NCBI GenBank assembly: GCA_973895155.1
Contig: OZ316892.1
Location: 6,865,251 to 6,929,250, forward strand
Direction: 5' to 3'
DNA: 64,000 nt
Source: Marsupella aquatica
Taxonomy: Eukaryota; Plantae; Marchantiophyta
Part shown: positions 51,580 to 64,000 of the stretch, one piece after another
How positions within the stretch are numbered: the first letter of the stretch is position 1
Layout: each line of letters starts with the position of its first letter
The notes under the pieces: generated by a model
Seen by the model: the letters and a program-made list of their open reading frames with translations, nothing else
What the model was told of the DNA's origin: nothing
Database searches by the model: none
Translations under genes and position numbers: made by a program

Positions 51580-52054
51580 TGTTGAGCATAGACGACGATC
51601 GCAACGGCAAGCCCATGAACCATCCAACGCACAATAGTCGACACAAGAGATACGTGGTTCACCTCCTTGAGGCTACGTCCACGGGAACACACAAGAGAGC
51701 TTTACTGAACTCTAAGCCCGTCGGCTATACCGAGTCTCCACAGTGTAAGCTCTCCCTATCTCTCAAGTGGCTCCATAACAATGAGCCTTGGTTCTACCTC
51801 TCCAAGCACACATGCCTCTTATGATATAGTGTGCAACTTAGTTGTACCTAACCACATAGTTGTACCTAACCACATAGTTGTACCTAATCACGTAGTTGTA
51901 CCTAACCACATAGTTGTACCTAATCACGTAGTTGTACCTAACCACATAGTTGTACCTAATCACATAGTTGTACCTAACCACGTAGTTGTACCAACCCACG
52001 TTGTTGTACCAACCACGTCATACCTAACCTAGACGTAAGAGTAAATACCCAACA
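51580..52054 (-). repeat. 5' LTR of the copia element
   Basis: 475 bp, matches 45451-45925. Confidence 0.97.
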
Positions 52055-52625
52055 CATGAACAGACGGATCACAATCATTCTGATGAATTATAAACTTGAG
52101 CTTATACACTTTGTTGCCCCACATTGGAGCACATGAGAGGTATCCTATTCTTTGTTTAAGTCAATTGCACTCATATCTACATGCATTCCTCGTATTTAAA
52201 CTTGCATGGTATCAAGTATTTCTTTTTTAATAGTTCAGTGCCCGTGGATTGCAGAAATATTGTGCCATTGATGCAAAGTTATGGCAGCTTCAAAAGCTGA
52301 CCACACCTAGGATAGTCGCAAGGCACTTTGCACTCATGCTTCAAAACCACAGGTTCCCTGTAAAGTACTTTGGGTAACCCATACTACTCATTTCACATGC
52401 AATGTAATCTGGCCATACAAAGTAGCATTTCGCATTTTTGGGAATTTTGAGTAGTAGTTCACCATTAGGGGTGATCTACAGCTCACAATGTAGATCTCGA
52501 TGTTTCACAGAAAACCTTATCTAAAATGACTTGTCCACACAATGAGGAGACGAGGTCAGGATCTTTAGCTCACCAGACCTATCCAACCTATATAGAGCTT
52601 CCAAATTTCTCCTTTGTGCTGCCTT

Positions 52626-53366
52626 CCCGGTTTGGACTTGTCGGACAAATAGGAGGATTTGGGATGACAAATGACATATGTCATCCCGGTCGATCCCGGT
52701 CGATCCCGGCCGGGTGACAGGGTCGGGGCGGGAGGATGTGAAGCCGGGCCGGGAGAAGGGTCGGGGGGTTGGCCGGGTTGGGCCGGGGGGGGGGGGTCGG
52801 GCCGGCCGGCCAGCCAGCCGGGAGTCGGGCCGGGAGGGGAGAGCCGGGTTGGGCTGGGAGGGGGGGGGGGAGAGCCGGGTTGGGCCGGGAAGGGGAGGGG
52901 GGTCGGGCCGGGAAGGGGGGGGGGGAGAGCCGGGTTGGGCCGGCAAGGGGAGGGGGGTCGGGCCGGGAGGGGAGGGGGGTCGGGCCGGGAAGGGGGGGGG
53001 TCGGGCCAGGAAGGGGGGGGGGAGAGCCGGGTTGGACCGGGAGGGGGGGCGGTCGGGCCGGGAAAGGGGGGGGTCGGGCCGGGAAGGGGGGGGGGGGGAG
53101 AGCCGGGTTGGGCCGGGAGGGGGGGGGGGGGTCGGGCCGGGAAGGGGGGGGGGAGAGCCGGGTTGGACCGGGAGGGTTAGGAGGAGTCTGGGACCGGGCC
53201 GAGAGGGGTCGGGAGAGTTCGGGACCGGGCCGGGGGTGGGTCGGGAATTTTTGGTCCCGGCCGGGGAATATAAGGGAATATTGGACAAATAGGCCATTTT
53301 TGGACGGACAAGTTGTCATTTGTCATGTCGGACAAGGACACATCTTGTCCGACAGTGAAAACCGGG
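52626..53366. mobile_element. Non-autonomous DNA transposon (741 bp) with an 8-bp TSD and a G-rich interior; hAT-like by TSD length
   Basis: TSD GCTGCCTT at 52618-25 and 53367-74. Imperfect TIR CCCGGTTT...TGTCGGACAA. Subterminal GGACAA/ATGACA repeats. Interior built from GGGTCGGGCCGGGA and GAGAGCCGGGTTGG units separated by G runs. Confidence 0.88.
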
Positions 53367-55659
53367 GCTGCCTTGCAGTGGGAAAGGTTGATGAGGGCAG
53401 ATGGTATCAACATGGCTAGGCTAAAAGCGACTGGCTATGTCAGAAAACGGGATGGACCATCCAAAATTGCACTTGTTACTTAGTTGATATATCTTTTGTC
53501 AGGTATGAATTTCCACGTTTGTATGTCAAAAAGTACTTGGTCATCAATATCCTCAGGTCCAAAAGGTAGTTCCTCAACATCCACTTCTGGGTGTTTATAC
53601 CAAGGTTTGAAGAAAAGTCTTACACTGACCAATGCAATTTCCTTTTCCTCAGCCAGTACTGTCACTTTTGTGATTTTCCCAGTACAATGATAAGCCTTTA
53701 TAACCCTTGGCAGGTTTTCCTTCCCCCGACCCCCTCCTCCCCAATAGAGAAAGAAAGAAAACTCAGGGTGGCTTTACAAGAACTGGGGGCAATTATGGTG
53801 AATATAAATCCTTCATGGCAAGCAATGGGCCCTAGAACATCAAAAAACACCTCCAAGGGTGATCCAAACATTGGCTCCTGCATTCAAGGGATTTGTATTT
53901 ATTGAACTTCATTTAAAAAAAATAAATCTAGTGTCTATCTTTATTACAAACCTAGTTTCTTATGGTACAAAGAAAAGTGACAAGTGTCCCCACTTTTTGA
54001 GCCACCCTCGATATGCCTACACAGTACACCAAAACCTTTGGCAAGGGTTGAGAAATTTGAAAATTAAATGAACAACTTTCCCACGTACAAAAATAATGCA
54101 ACCTGGTATCGAGTCGGGATGAAAAATTGTGTGCTCCAGTTAGGGGTTCTCTAAAGACAAATCCATCCTCTAAATATAGCTCGAGTCCATGCCGGGGAAC
54201 AATTAAAGCTGCCAGATAGGGTGGGCCCATGGGCAGACTTATTTTGATAGTTTTGTCAGACGTTTTGTCTCTTTTAACCCTTGTTTCTCTTCTTGTCGTT
54301 AGTGCCTAGGCCCAGATATTTTGTTTTTCCTTTTTCAGTCCGAGTGGGAAATGTCATTTGGTGTGAAGTAGAATTTCTAAGAATCTTATATGTCTAATTT
54401 TGTTAGAATAATAATTGATCATTACATCCCTCTGGATATTTTAGGATAACCGTCAGATTATGGGGGAATGGGGTCTGGCTAGGTGGGGAACTAGCCACTG
54501 AAGACACGAAACACTGGCTAGTTTTAGCCAACCAACATTTTTTAATGGGGTTGAATTTGGCTAAATTCTGCCCTTTAAAAAACAGGCTACTCAGACCACT
54601 ACAACATTGTTTAGCTGGATGCACAAAGCTAAGGAAGTTCCACGTCTTCTGGTATACTATATTAAAAACCTCTACATTAGGAGTAATCTCTGTTGATACG
54701 ACATACGGTAGTCCAGGATATAAATTTGAAAATTTCACACAAGCAGTATAGTCTTAAGGTTCTCCCATAAAATTTTGGACATACGCATGTGAGCCGTTTG
54801 ATTTGTGAAGATTTAGGTAGAAATATTCCTAGCAGCTTCGAATTTGACACAAAGATAACATACAACAAGTCACAGGGTCTACTAATCTGACGGCTACCCT
54901 TATTCCAGTGACAGCTCACAGTGTGGATTTCATTGGGGAAACTTAAGCAAGAAAAATTCCTAACATCTTCTGCTTGCCAGAATCTGATGGCTAACCTTAT
55001 ATCCATGGACATCTAACAGTCTAGACTCAATCCATAAATTTTAAATCAAAAATGTTCATAGCATTTGTCTACTCCTTGCACACAGAGATACCATTCACCA
55101 AGTCATTGGGCCTATTGAGAATAATCTGACGGCTATCCTTTCATCTACGGGCATCTAACAGTCTAAAATTAATGTAGAAAAAAATTCTCTTGTGTTCCCC
55201 TTCTCACTGGGTGATATGTAATGAGAAAAAGATTTTTAGAAGTCTTATACTTTCACAAGTGTCACAAAGGTAACATTCATCACCCTGGCCAATTGAAAAA
55301 ATAATCATAAAATACAGCATCCAAATGATCTCGAAATTGACCGTATTTGGAAATGTGATGAGGGGAGATTCCGACACCGCCAGAAATACAAATGCAGTAC
55401 TGTATGCCATTCCTGCGACGATCAGAGAATCTTCCTATTTTCATTATTGACTTTATTACGTTCTGCGGAGTTTTGCACGCATTAATGTGTACATTTGTAT
55501 TTACTCGCGGTCAGGACAGACTCGACCTCTAAAGTTACCTTTCACCTTCAATTTTGTGTAGCTAATCCCTGAACAAAAGTTTTGCTCCTTGATGGCCCCT
55601 CTTTGCCTTCAAAAATAAAAAGGTTAGTATGGGGAGCACAACATAGGACGTCGCAAATC

Positions 55660-56410
55660 AGGTGTTCTCTGGAGTTTTGTTTTGTTTTGTTTTGGAAAAT
55701 TTAAATTTCATTTTGCGTGAACCCCATGGACAGGGGAACCATCAGGCCAAGGCAAGCAAAACCAGCACCCGCCTAGTGAAACAGGCCCAAAAGGCAACAC
55801 AACAAAAGGGTTTGGATGGACCTCACCACGGGGGGGGGGGGGGGGAGGAAAGCAAATTCATCTGTCTATTCCCAGGGGGGGTGGCAGTACCAACAGGGTC
55901 AGATGATCCAAGGCTTCAGCCAGAACCGAGTGAGAATTAGAGCATCATGGATGACCCGGGTCAAAGATACATCCTTTCCTAGCCAGCCATATGCTCCACA
56001 ACACTTGATAAATTATAAAGATTCTTGATGTTTGAAAGTAACTGGGTCTTTTCAGCAAATGCAGTAGAGCAACCAATTTGAAATTGGAATCCAAGGTTCC
56101 TTCAACTATCCAACCTCTAGCAATCCTCCAACAGTAGCTGGCATGTGAACATATAAAGAATGAGGAATGGTTTCAACCATCCCAGGACAGATACCACAAC
56201 AGCCATTAGTTTTTCCAATTCTCAGAGCCCATGAGGCAGTGAAGAGTCCGTGGGCAATGATGCGCCATAAGAACACCTTGGCCTGATATGAGAGATTGGA
56301 GGACCAGAGGTGTCGCCAGATAGAACTCCAGTCCTCCTCAGTGAATCTCTCCTCCCAGATATGGTTTAACTGAGAGTGGTCAGGACCTGCAGGACAAATC
56401 AAATCATAGA
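55660..56410 (-). mobile_element. Truncated L1-type LINE 3' end (zf-RVT region plus 3' UTR)
   Basis: WSSIWRHLWSSNLSYQAKVFLWRIIAHGLFT...CGICPGMVETIPH is the zf-RVT pattern. The downstream C-rich UTR ends in (AAAAC)n on the minus strand. Confidence 0.8.
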
Positions 56411-57039
56411 TTCTGTAGTTTGTGACATCCGCTGATCCGCCGACGTGTGTTCTGTGGAGGTTTAATGTGACCAGAATGCTATGGTTGCGGCACAACACAG
56501 GGCGTCTCAAGTCAGGTGTTATGTGAAGGTTTTACGTGACCAGAATGCTATCGGTTGGGTCATGGGTGCAAAATCTGCACTTCTCCATAAATACTTTTGC
56601 CTAACTTGGGAACATACAATTGGTCGCTTCAGATAAATAACTGAATTCAAAATCCTAATAATGGTAAGTCAATTCATGGGGCTGCTGTTGAAACCAAAAC
56701 CCCCTAGGTTAAGTTTGTCCAAAAGTTGGGTTTGGTTAGAGTTGAGGACTCAACTTCCCCACAGCTGGTTTGAGACTCCCTATTGAGGTGGAACAAGTTT
56801 AGGCCCGGACAGACTTCAATGTTTGACAAGATGCTCAGATTGGAGCATTGGAAAATGGATGGACCAAACTACGAACCCTTTTTTATCTGTAGAAGACTTT
56901 TTCTTCATGTAATAACCCACATTTTTTGGGTAAAACATGGCCTTGGAGTCTTGGACCCTGGACCCTGGACCTTTTCACTTTCAGCTTTTGCTGCCAGTGG
57001 CTATGGCGTAGCTTCTAGATCAGAAATTGGTCTCGAGTG

Positions 57040-57415
57040 GTAAATGCCTGTTGCTTGTATTTAGATCTGAAATTTGTCAGGCTCATATCTCAAGTCGTAA
57101 ATGCCTGTCGCTTTTGTTCTACATCTGAAATTTGTCAGGCTCATATCTCAAGTCGTCATGTGGTATGTGCATGTTGCTTGCATTTTAGATCTGAAATATG
57201 TCAGGCTCATATCACAAGTTGTATATGCCTGTTGCTTGGATTTTAGTTCTATTTGTCAGGCTCATATCACAAGTTGTATAGGCCTGTTGCTTGCATTCTT
57301 AATATCCACAGAAGAGGTATTGAAAAGATCTTTCAAACTATATATCTACTGTAGATCTATACCTTGTCAGGATCACATCTCCATTCTCTGTGCCTGTTGC
57401 TTGCATTCTGAATAT
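57040..57415. repeat. Minisatellite, 5-6 units of ~55-65 bp
   Basis: Repeats of ATGCCTGTTGCTTG.AT.TTAGATCTGAAATTTGTCAGGCTCATATC(T/A)CAAGT. Confidence 0.85.
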
Positions 57416-59230
57416 CAATTTTGCTGCATGGGACTCTTTGGCTCTTTGGTCTTTCTGGGCATCTTCTCTTGTGTTCTCCCCTTTCTTGTCTCTCAGAGTT
57501 CCTATCTCCAGTTTTGGAGCTTTTCGATTTTTGGCAGTGTGATACGTAAGAGAAGAGGTACTGAAAAGACCTTTCAGAGTATTCAAAGATTTTATGCTCC
57601 TGGGAAAGAACATTTAATGGTTAGACAATGGCATTTTTTCAAAATTCAAAATTCAGAATCCCTTCAGACGGAGTGTAACATAAAAGCTCGATCCCCATGA
57701 GAGCCAGTAAAAATAGTAACTTAAGAAAGAAGAATAATAGCAAAATCCCAAAGTTGAGGAGTACCGACAAGGTGGATAGCAAAGCCATGGCATAATCAAC
57801 ATGCCCCAGAAAAGGGCCAGGATGACATCCAATCAGAGGCCAGACACGCAGAAGGACAGTGGGGGATAAACCTTGGGGGAGAGCCCTGTTCCCAATGCAA
57901 AACAACAACAACAACAGTGAAGAAACGGCGGCAGCGAGGAGTGAAGCCCTTCAGCAAGAGCTCCAAAGGGAACCATCACAAACCAATGATTAAAAGGAGA
58001 CCCTATTTACATTCACTAAAAGTATAAGCCATCAGTGTACTGTCCAACTTCACTTAGCTACCCTCAAAATAGAAAATGCCTGCTTCACTCAATAGTGCCC
58101 TGTGTCAATAATAAAACAAGCTCCTTGTCAGTCCAAATGTGATGCTCCAGAAATGGTGGGCTGGAAAATTTTGGAGGCAGGAAATGGGAAGGAGATTAAA
58201 CTCAAGACACAACAGCCTGAAATACTTTATATGAAGGTCCCCTGAAAATGGCGTTATCTGTTGAAATTAACTGCAAACACATATTTTGGCTTGGTTAAAA
58301 TAAAATTCTAGAAAATAAACTAAGAATACTCCTTATTTTGGAGAATATAATAAATAATTATTGAATCTTCCATATACACTTTATATTGTATACTCCTCAT
58401 ACACTTTATTTTGGAGATATTTTTTGATGGCTACGTGTGAAAAAGTGTAAAATTAACAGTTTGCAGCCGAGATTCTTCAACCAAGTTACCACTACCGTAC
58501 ATAAATATCAAGTTTGGATAAAAACAAGTGCTGCATCATATGAGCAACACACATTATAGTTTTCTGCAAAGTTTGGCATGAGGGGTGAGTGGCCTGCAGT
58601 TCTATTGAATAGTGAGTACTCCAAGGGAACTGGTCTCCTGGCAGGGTACACAGGGGTGTGAGTAGCGGTGAGGTGAAACTCATTTTTCATGCTGGGGGGG
58701 GGTGGTCAGAAACACAACTCTGCCTTTGGTTCTACTCTATGCACGCAGGAGGATATACACAGACTTTTTACAGAAAAATTTGTAAAAGGTGACTGGCAGG
58801 GGGGCTATGGTGGCCAGGGCAATTTGCCATAACTTTCTCCAGATAATTTTTTAGGGATGATTTAATATTTAAATTTGTGAGTTTTGGCCCGATACTATTC
58901 ACCAATGCAGTTTCCATTAAACTCTATTATTCTAGCTAAGTTTGCACGAGTAAGCCTGACTAAAGCGAGGCTATCAAATTGAGTGTACTTTAGGATCACA
59001 GCTATTTCATTCCAATCGAAGCTGTATTCTATACTAAGAATGGCTATACTATTCTGGGATTCATCTCCATTCTTTTGAGAGTAGATTGACTTGATTATTT
59101 GGTACCTTAGCGTAGACTTTTAGAATTGAATGAGAATGAAGACTTTACTCATCAGTGACTCTTCATTATTAATCTCCAGAAAAGTATTTCGTTGGTGTTT
59201 ATTGTTGTTATAATTATTACAGTTAAAGAT

Positions 59231-59308
59231 TAAGGCGCATCTGAATTCCCACACAGTTATTCTTCCCCTGTAAGGCGCATCCGATTCCCATACAGTTATT
59301 ATTCCCTC
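59231..59308. repeat. Tandem duplication of ~40 bp
   Basis: TAAGGCGCATC.GA(A)TTCCCA.ACAGTTATT.TTCCC x2. Confidence 0.8.
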
Positions 59309-62300
59309 TAATAATAATTATACTGAACTGGAGTTAAGGCCTTAAAAAGTTATTAGTACGGGAAACCATCAACTGTAGCATGAAAGCTGCCAACACTGTA
59401 ATAATAATAATAACAACAATAAAGATAATGATGCGTTTGCTCGTGAGGTTCTGCCATTGCTATCTCTGTTTTTCTGAATTGTTTTGGGTATCGTAATTTT
59501 TTAAACTTCTGTCTCCAAAGGACTCAATGATTGACAAGATTGCTCCATGGCTAGTGCAACCAGAAACATATGTGTCCTTTCTATACTCTTCTTGTTTTGT
59601 TTTGAATTATGCAGTTCACACCTGAGTTGTACCAGGTCCTGGTTTTGGGGTTTATGGTAGTTGTATGTTTCTTTGCTCTCCTGGCTTTTCTTGGCCTTTT
59701 GGTTGACCCCCCTATATTGAGCCTTTTTCCTGAGGGATCATGTCTCCCGGTTGGGTGCCCTTTGTTTTTCAACAATTTGAAATATACTTTGAGCTATATA
59801 GATGAGACAAAAAAGGATATTTAACTATGGGGACAAAAAATGAAAAACCTAAAAATATGAAAGAGCTCAAAAGCTGCAAAAGAACCCTTTCTACAATCCC
59901 AGTACTTTTTGTGAAAGAATGAACATGACGCTCCCATAGCGTGTAGATAGGAAGCAACACAACCAACCAACGTGGATGTACTAATTAAAAACATTGTCAT
60001 GGTATTGTGAGTAAAATGAGGTACATTGAGGTTGCAAAACTCAATGGGGACAACCCACAAAGTTGGGTACAAAATCCTTGTGTATTCTAGACCGATGTCA
60101 GCATAACTCAAGTTCATTGATTTGACCCTATTTTTCAGAATTTAGAACACCCATTTAAAAAAATAACAATTGCGTTGGTTTGCAATGGTAACTAACTTTT
60201 GGATTTGCTTGGGTTGAAGTGCCCCATTGATGTGCCCCAGGTGAAATGCTTTCCTGCTATCAGTCATTATTGTCCACATTCATATGATATTCCCTGGAAG
60301 GGAACGATCAGAGTACTTTGCTAAGTACGTAGTAATAAGTAAGTGCTATATATAAATAGTACTGTAGTACAACTCCAGCACGGCGATCGAGGGCGACATC
60401 ATTTCACCGTATTTAGTGTAGTTACCGAATTAGAAGTGCTCGAGTGGGATTACGATGGAACTCTCGAATAATACCGTAATAACAAAACCTTTGGTTGCTG
60501 TAGTGACCACAAAATACCAGTACACTAACCCGTTTTGGTACGGTTACGAATTAGTTGAGTAATCTTTATCTCTCCCGGGTTGGAAGACAGACTCGGTGAC
60601 TCACCAAGAGGGTTAAAAGACCTTGGGGTGGCGTAGTGGTAAACTGGGTTGTGCATTTAATAATCAATTAGCAAGAAAGTGGTGCCCGGGCAAGATTATT
60701 TTTAACCTCCCCAAAAATGGCGTGCGGGAAAAACACGTGGGAGTTTTTGAGAAATGGATAGTAAATTAAATTCCAGATGTATTCTTGGAAGGTCTATTCC
60801 AAGATGGTGTACTGGGAAAATATGCAGGTACTTTAGAGAAGGAGGGGAAATTCAATTCTAGACATGATGGCCTCTATTTTTTAAGTGAGGCAAAACACCT
60901 GAGTAAACTGTGTTATCTGTTGAAACTGACACAAACACATGTTTTGGTTAGGCATTAGCAAATTTACTGGAGAAAGCAGACAGAAAACAATTGGTTGTGG
61001 AAAATTAAAATGTCCACCCATGAAAGAATCGCAAGCCATACGATCGGAATAGAGCAAGATTGGTTCATTGGTAAGCTCATTTGATGCCATTTCTAACCAG
61101 CTAAAAGAAATTTGGAGAAGTTGCAAGGAAATCCAGCTCAAAAGATGAGTATCGACAATCTCCACTTAGATTTTGATTTTGATTTTACTTTTCAAAATTT
61201 AGTGTAAAAATGTGCTATCCAAGTAACTTTCAATGTTTGAAAGAGGCTATCTGTTAGGATTTGACTCTAGTTCCCGACTTTAGTTAACATTGAATCAAAT
61301 TAGGATAAGATTTGCTCCAGTCTAGATAGCAAATGCTCTTCCTCATTCTTCACATGTTCTTTCTCATTAACTATGGGTACTTCAGGAGTTTCTCCATCGT
61401 GGTGTCTTATTGATGTAATGTGAGATTGAGTGCGTTCATGTTTCGCATTTGCTATCTAGTCTGGAGCCGAAAATTTCTTACACTATCATGTGTGCAAGAG
61501 TTCATCCAAGCATGTCAACAACCTTGAGGTTTGTCCAGGAATGACTATGGGCACCTTAACCATGCAACTCAAATGGACCTTTCAAGACCCAAAGCTGTAA
61601 CAATATATGCTAACCAAAGTCCAACTGGGTTCTATTGATCCAACTAAGTTGTTTGTCAATATGGTGGTCTCAACATCAGGTATAATTTTAAAACTCAACA
61701 TCAGGTATAATTTTAACATTTTGTAGTGAATCTTTAAGCTGGGTTTGTCATAAGTCAAATTAAATTGTTGGTGATTGAATGGCCAGAATACTAATTTCAT
61801 AAACATTTTGGTTTGCATTCTACTAATCCTCCTCTTGCACACTGATGCCTTGTGAGCCTCATGGCTTAGTCACCCTACTTATAGTAATCTATGTCCAACC
61901 CTTACTCGTTCCAAAATGGTTTTGCCTTCCTTGAAGTTAGCCTTCTAGTAGAGGCAGATGGCTGTGGTATTAGTCCATTAGACAAAGACACATGGGCCCA
62001 TTAAGAGTTGTTCAAACAACTTTAAGGATTGCAAGTGGGGTGCCTAAGGCATTGAGTGACAAAGACAATCTAAAGTTTTGGATAGGCTGTTGTTTTGGTA
62101 GAGAGTCATCTTCATAGAGTGGGTGGTAGAGCTATGCATCAATTCAATCAAGGGTATCAATTGAAGGATGGATTGAGCTTGACCTCATGGTGCACCCTCT
62201 CAACTCTCCATCTTTCAACAGGGATTTAAGTAGTTGGAGCATTAAAGAGACCGCCCTTAACTTTACACACAACTCAGAAGATATTTGGAGATTTTGCTAC

Positions 62301-63453
62301 AAGCCAACATGATCTAGTCCAGTAATCTCCTTCACTGGAGAGACAACTTATCAACCATCTGTAACAAGCTCATTCCTCGTTGTGAGTCTATCCTCAAAAT
62401 GTCATCAACCCCATGTCCCAGAAGAGATGGTACTGGTTTACATTGACGAATGCAGTTCTGCAGCTGAGACTAACACCTTCAGTACAATGAAAACGTACAG
62501 TTTGTGTGATAGAGGAGTAAATTGAGAGGCTTGACAAAGAGATGTGAGTTCTGCCAGGAATAAATCCAGGAAATCCGTAGTACTCCACTTGCCAATTCCG
62601 TTCCTAAAGAATCATTTAGTTTGGCTACTATGCCTAAATAATATCAAGTTTTTGATGGCCATCTAAAATGTTTTTGCAAAAAGCTCTAACGCACGTTATA
62701 CATTCAGACTAATGTCACAAAAACCTGTTAACTTCATAAACAGACCTACTCTCAAGTAATATCTACTCCTGAGTAGGCCTACCACATGAAAGATTGGTTA
62801 CCACGACCACTAATATCAAAGACGAGGAGGAACAAATAACTCTCTACCAGAATGACCCGTGACCAGCATCCTGGGCAAGGTAAGAAGCAATAGCCGATTA
62901 CAATCACTAAAGAAAGATGGCAATGTCCATTATCTCAAACCAATCCCCGCTCATACATACACATATCATTCATGTTATACCCAGAACTAAGATAGCTTGA
63001 TGAACGGAAGGCTCCAGATGCTGGAAGCACACACCAAGCTTTGTAGACTATGTTAGGAGAAAATTAAATGAACCAGCACGTTAATCTACCGAACCAGTGA
63101 CCAATGGTCATATCGTTCATGTACATATCTGCACTCCAGTAATGATCCTCTATCCAACCTCTGTTTGTACACATCAATAGTAAGCCGCCACCACGTGAAA
63201 GAATACTCGAAGTGAACCCTAAAATGTACAAGGGGTGATGCTGCAATCACCAAGAACTAAGAACTCAGATTTCAGAAGTAGGGGATGGACCTGGGAGGAA
63301 TGCGATCAAAACCTCCTCTGACTAGGAGCTAAAAATAAGGAGCTCGTAATCGCAGGCCCACCAGAATAATAATCCGTCCCCTACTTGCAAAATCAAAGAC
63401 ACTGCAGAGAATCCCTGCCGAGCACTTTACGTCATCTGAAAATCCAAATCCTT

Positions 63454-64000
63454 CTAAGCCTTTGCTGATGATGTTTCTGTTGTGGGTGACTCTAAATCAA
63501 GTTCCACATCGGCAGGATCCCCCACCCATAGTCTACCTTCTCGACGAGCAAACCGAATTCTAAGCTTACCATCGGCATCAACACCAGTGACACAACCTCG
63601 GCTAGAATATGTTTCGATTCCCCACCCCCATCTTGGAGTAACCACATCTCTCTTCACCCGTACCACATCATCAACTTTATATGCCTCCACTCGCTCCACT
63701 TCTGCTGGCTTGCAGACCCATAACCTTTCCAAGAAACAAAATGCTACCCACAGATCTCCATCGTCATCAATTCTATGAACTACACCTATACTTTTGTGGG
63801 TCACCTCTCCCCATTGATGCGCCGGGGTGGGGACAGAGGGTCTCACTCTTATCCACTCTCCTATGCAAATTGGCTGTTGTTCAACAACCTCCACTTCAGC
63901 CGGGTCCAACATCCATGATTTTTGAGAACCAATACACGAGTGCAATCTCAGACGTCCATCTGCATCGATCAGCGTTACTGTTCCTAAACTTCCATGACTG
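63454..64000 (-). CDS. KEG: 3' end (HERC2-like/SH3 repeats) of E3 ubiquitin ligase KEEP ON GOING; partial, runs off the window
   Basis: WMLDPAEVE...CIGEWIRV...QWGEV...GVVHR...FCFLERLW.CK...VTPRWGWG.ET..S.G.V.GVDADGKLRI.F..REGR.W.GDPAD matches the KEG C-terminus as I recall it. The frame is open to the window edge. Confidence 0.92.
   Translation of the reverse strand, partial: SHGSLGTVTLIDADGRLRLHSCIGSQKSWMLDPAEVEVVEQQPICIGEWIRVRPSVPTPAHQWGEVTHKSIGVVHRIDDDGDLWVAFCFLERLWVCKPAEVERVEAYKVDDVVRVKRDVVTPRWGWGIETYSSRGCVTGVDADGKLRIRFARREGRLWVGDPADVELDLESPTTETSSAKA

Larger units (their letters stand above)
45451..52054 (-). mobile_element. Complete, very young Ty1/copia LTR retrotransposon (Tnt1/Tork-like)
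   Basis: Two 475-bp TG...CA LTRs with no difference seen by eye. TSD CATGA at 45446-50 and 52055-59. PBS and PPT present. Domain order gag-PR-INT-RT-RH. Confidence 0.98.

Noticed and set aside
52521-53419. Several 170-260 aa Pro- or Gly/Arg-rich ORFs (extensin/formin-like)
   Set aside because: They arise in many frames on both strands from a stop-free G/C repeat inside a TSD-bounded transposon.
60625-60700. GGGGTGGCGTAGTGGTA resembles a tRNA 5' end / A-box
   Set aside because: No B-box (GTTCRA) and no cloverleaf pairing downstream.

Overview
Eukaryotic, gene-poor, transposon-rich land-plant nuclear DNA. A bryophyte-like origin is my inference from gene and element style, not established. 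There are two host genes, both on the minus strand. One is a 5-exon CCT-motif (CMF/ASML2-like) gene (CDS 12787..9762, about 603 aa). The other is the 3' end of the KEEP ON GOING (KEG) E3 ligase (63454..>64000). The rest is mobile DNA. A very young, complete Ty1/copia element (45451-52054; LTRs identical by eye, CATGA TSD) has gag and pol in the same frame, separated by a single UGA. A decayed, intron-containing Mutator-type (DDE+SWIM) transposase gene carries a related solo LTR and faces an unknown convergent gene, apparently inside an ~8.5 kb TA-flanked element whose ends resemble a 1.3 kb non-autonomous element at 21330-22650. Also present are a CRE-like RLE retrotransposon fragment, L1-type remnants, a G-rich element with an 8-bp TSD and several MITE-like inverted repeats. 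The best leads are the gag-UGA-pol junction, the TA-flanked Mutator-type family with its accessory gene, the GTAC/AC-element array in the copia U3, and the CCGGGCAG-rich promoter array with distal CpG-rich islands upstream of the CCT gene. All alignments were done by eye.
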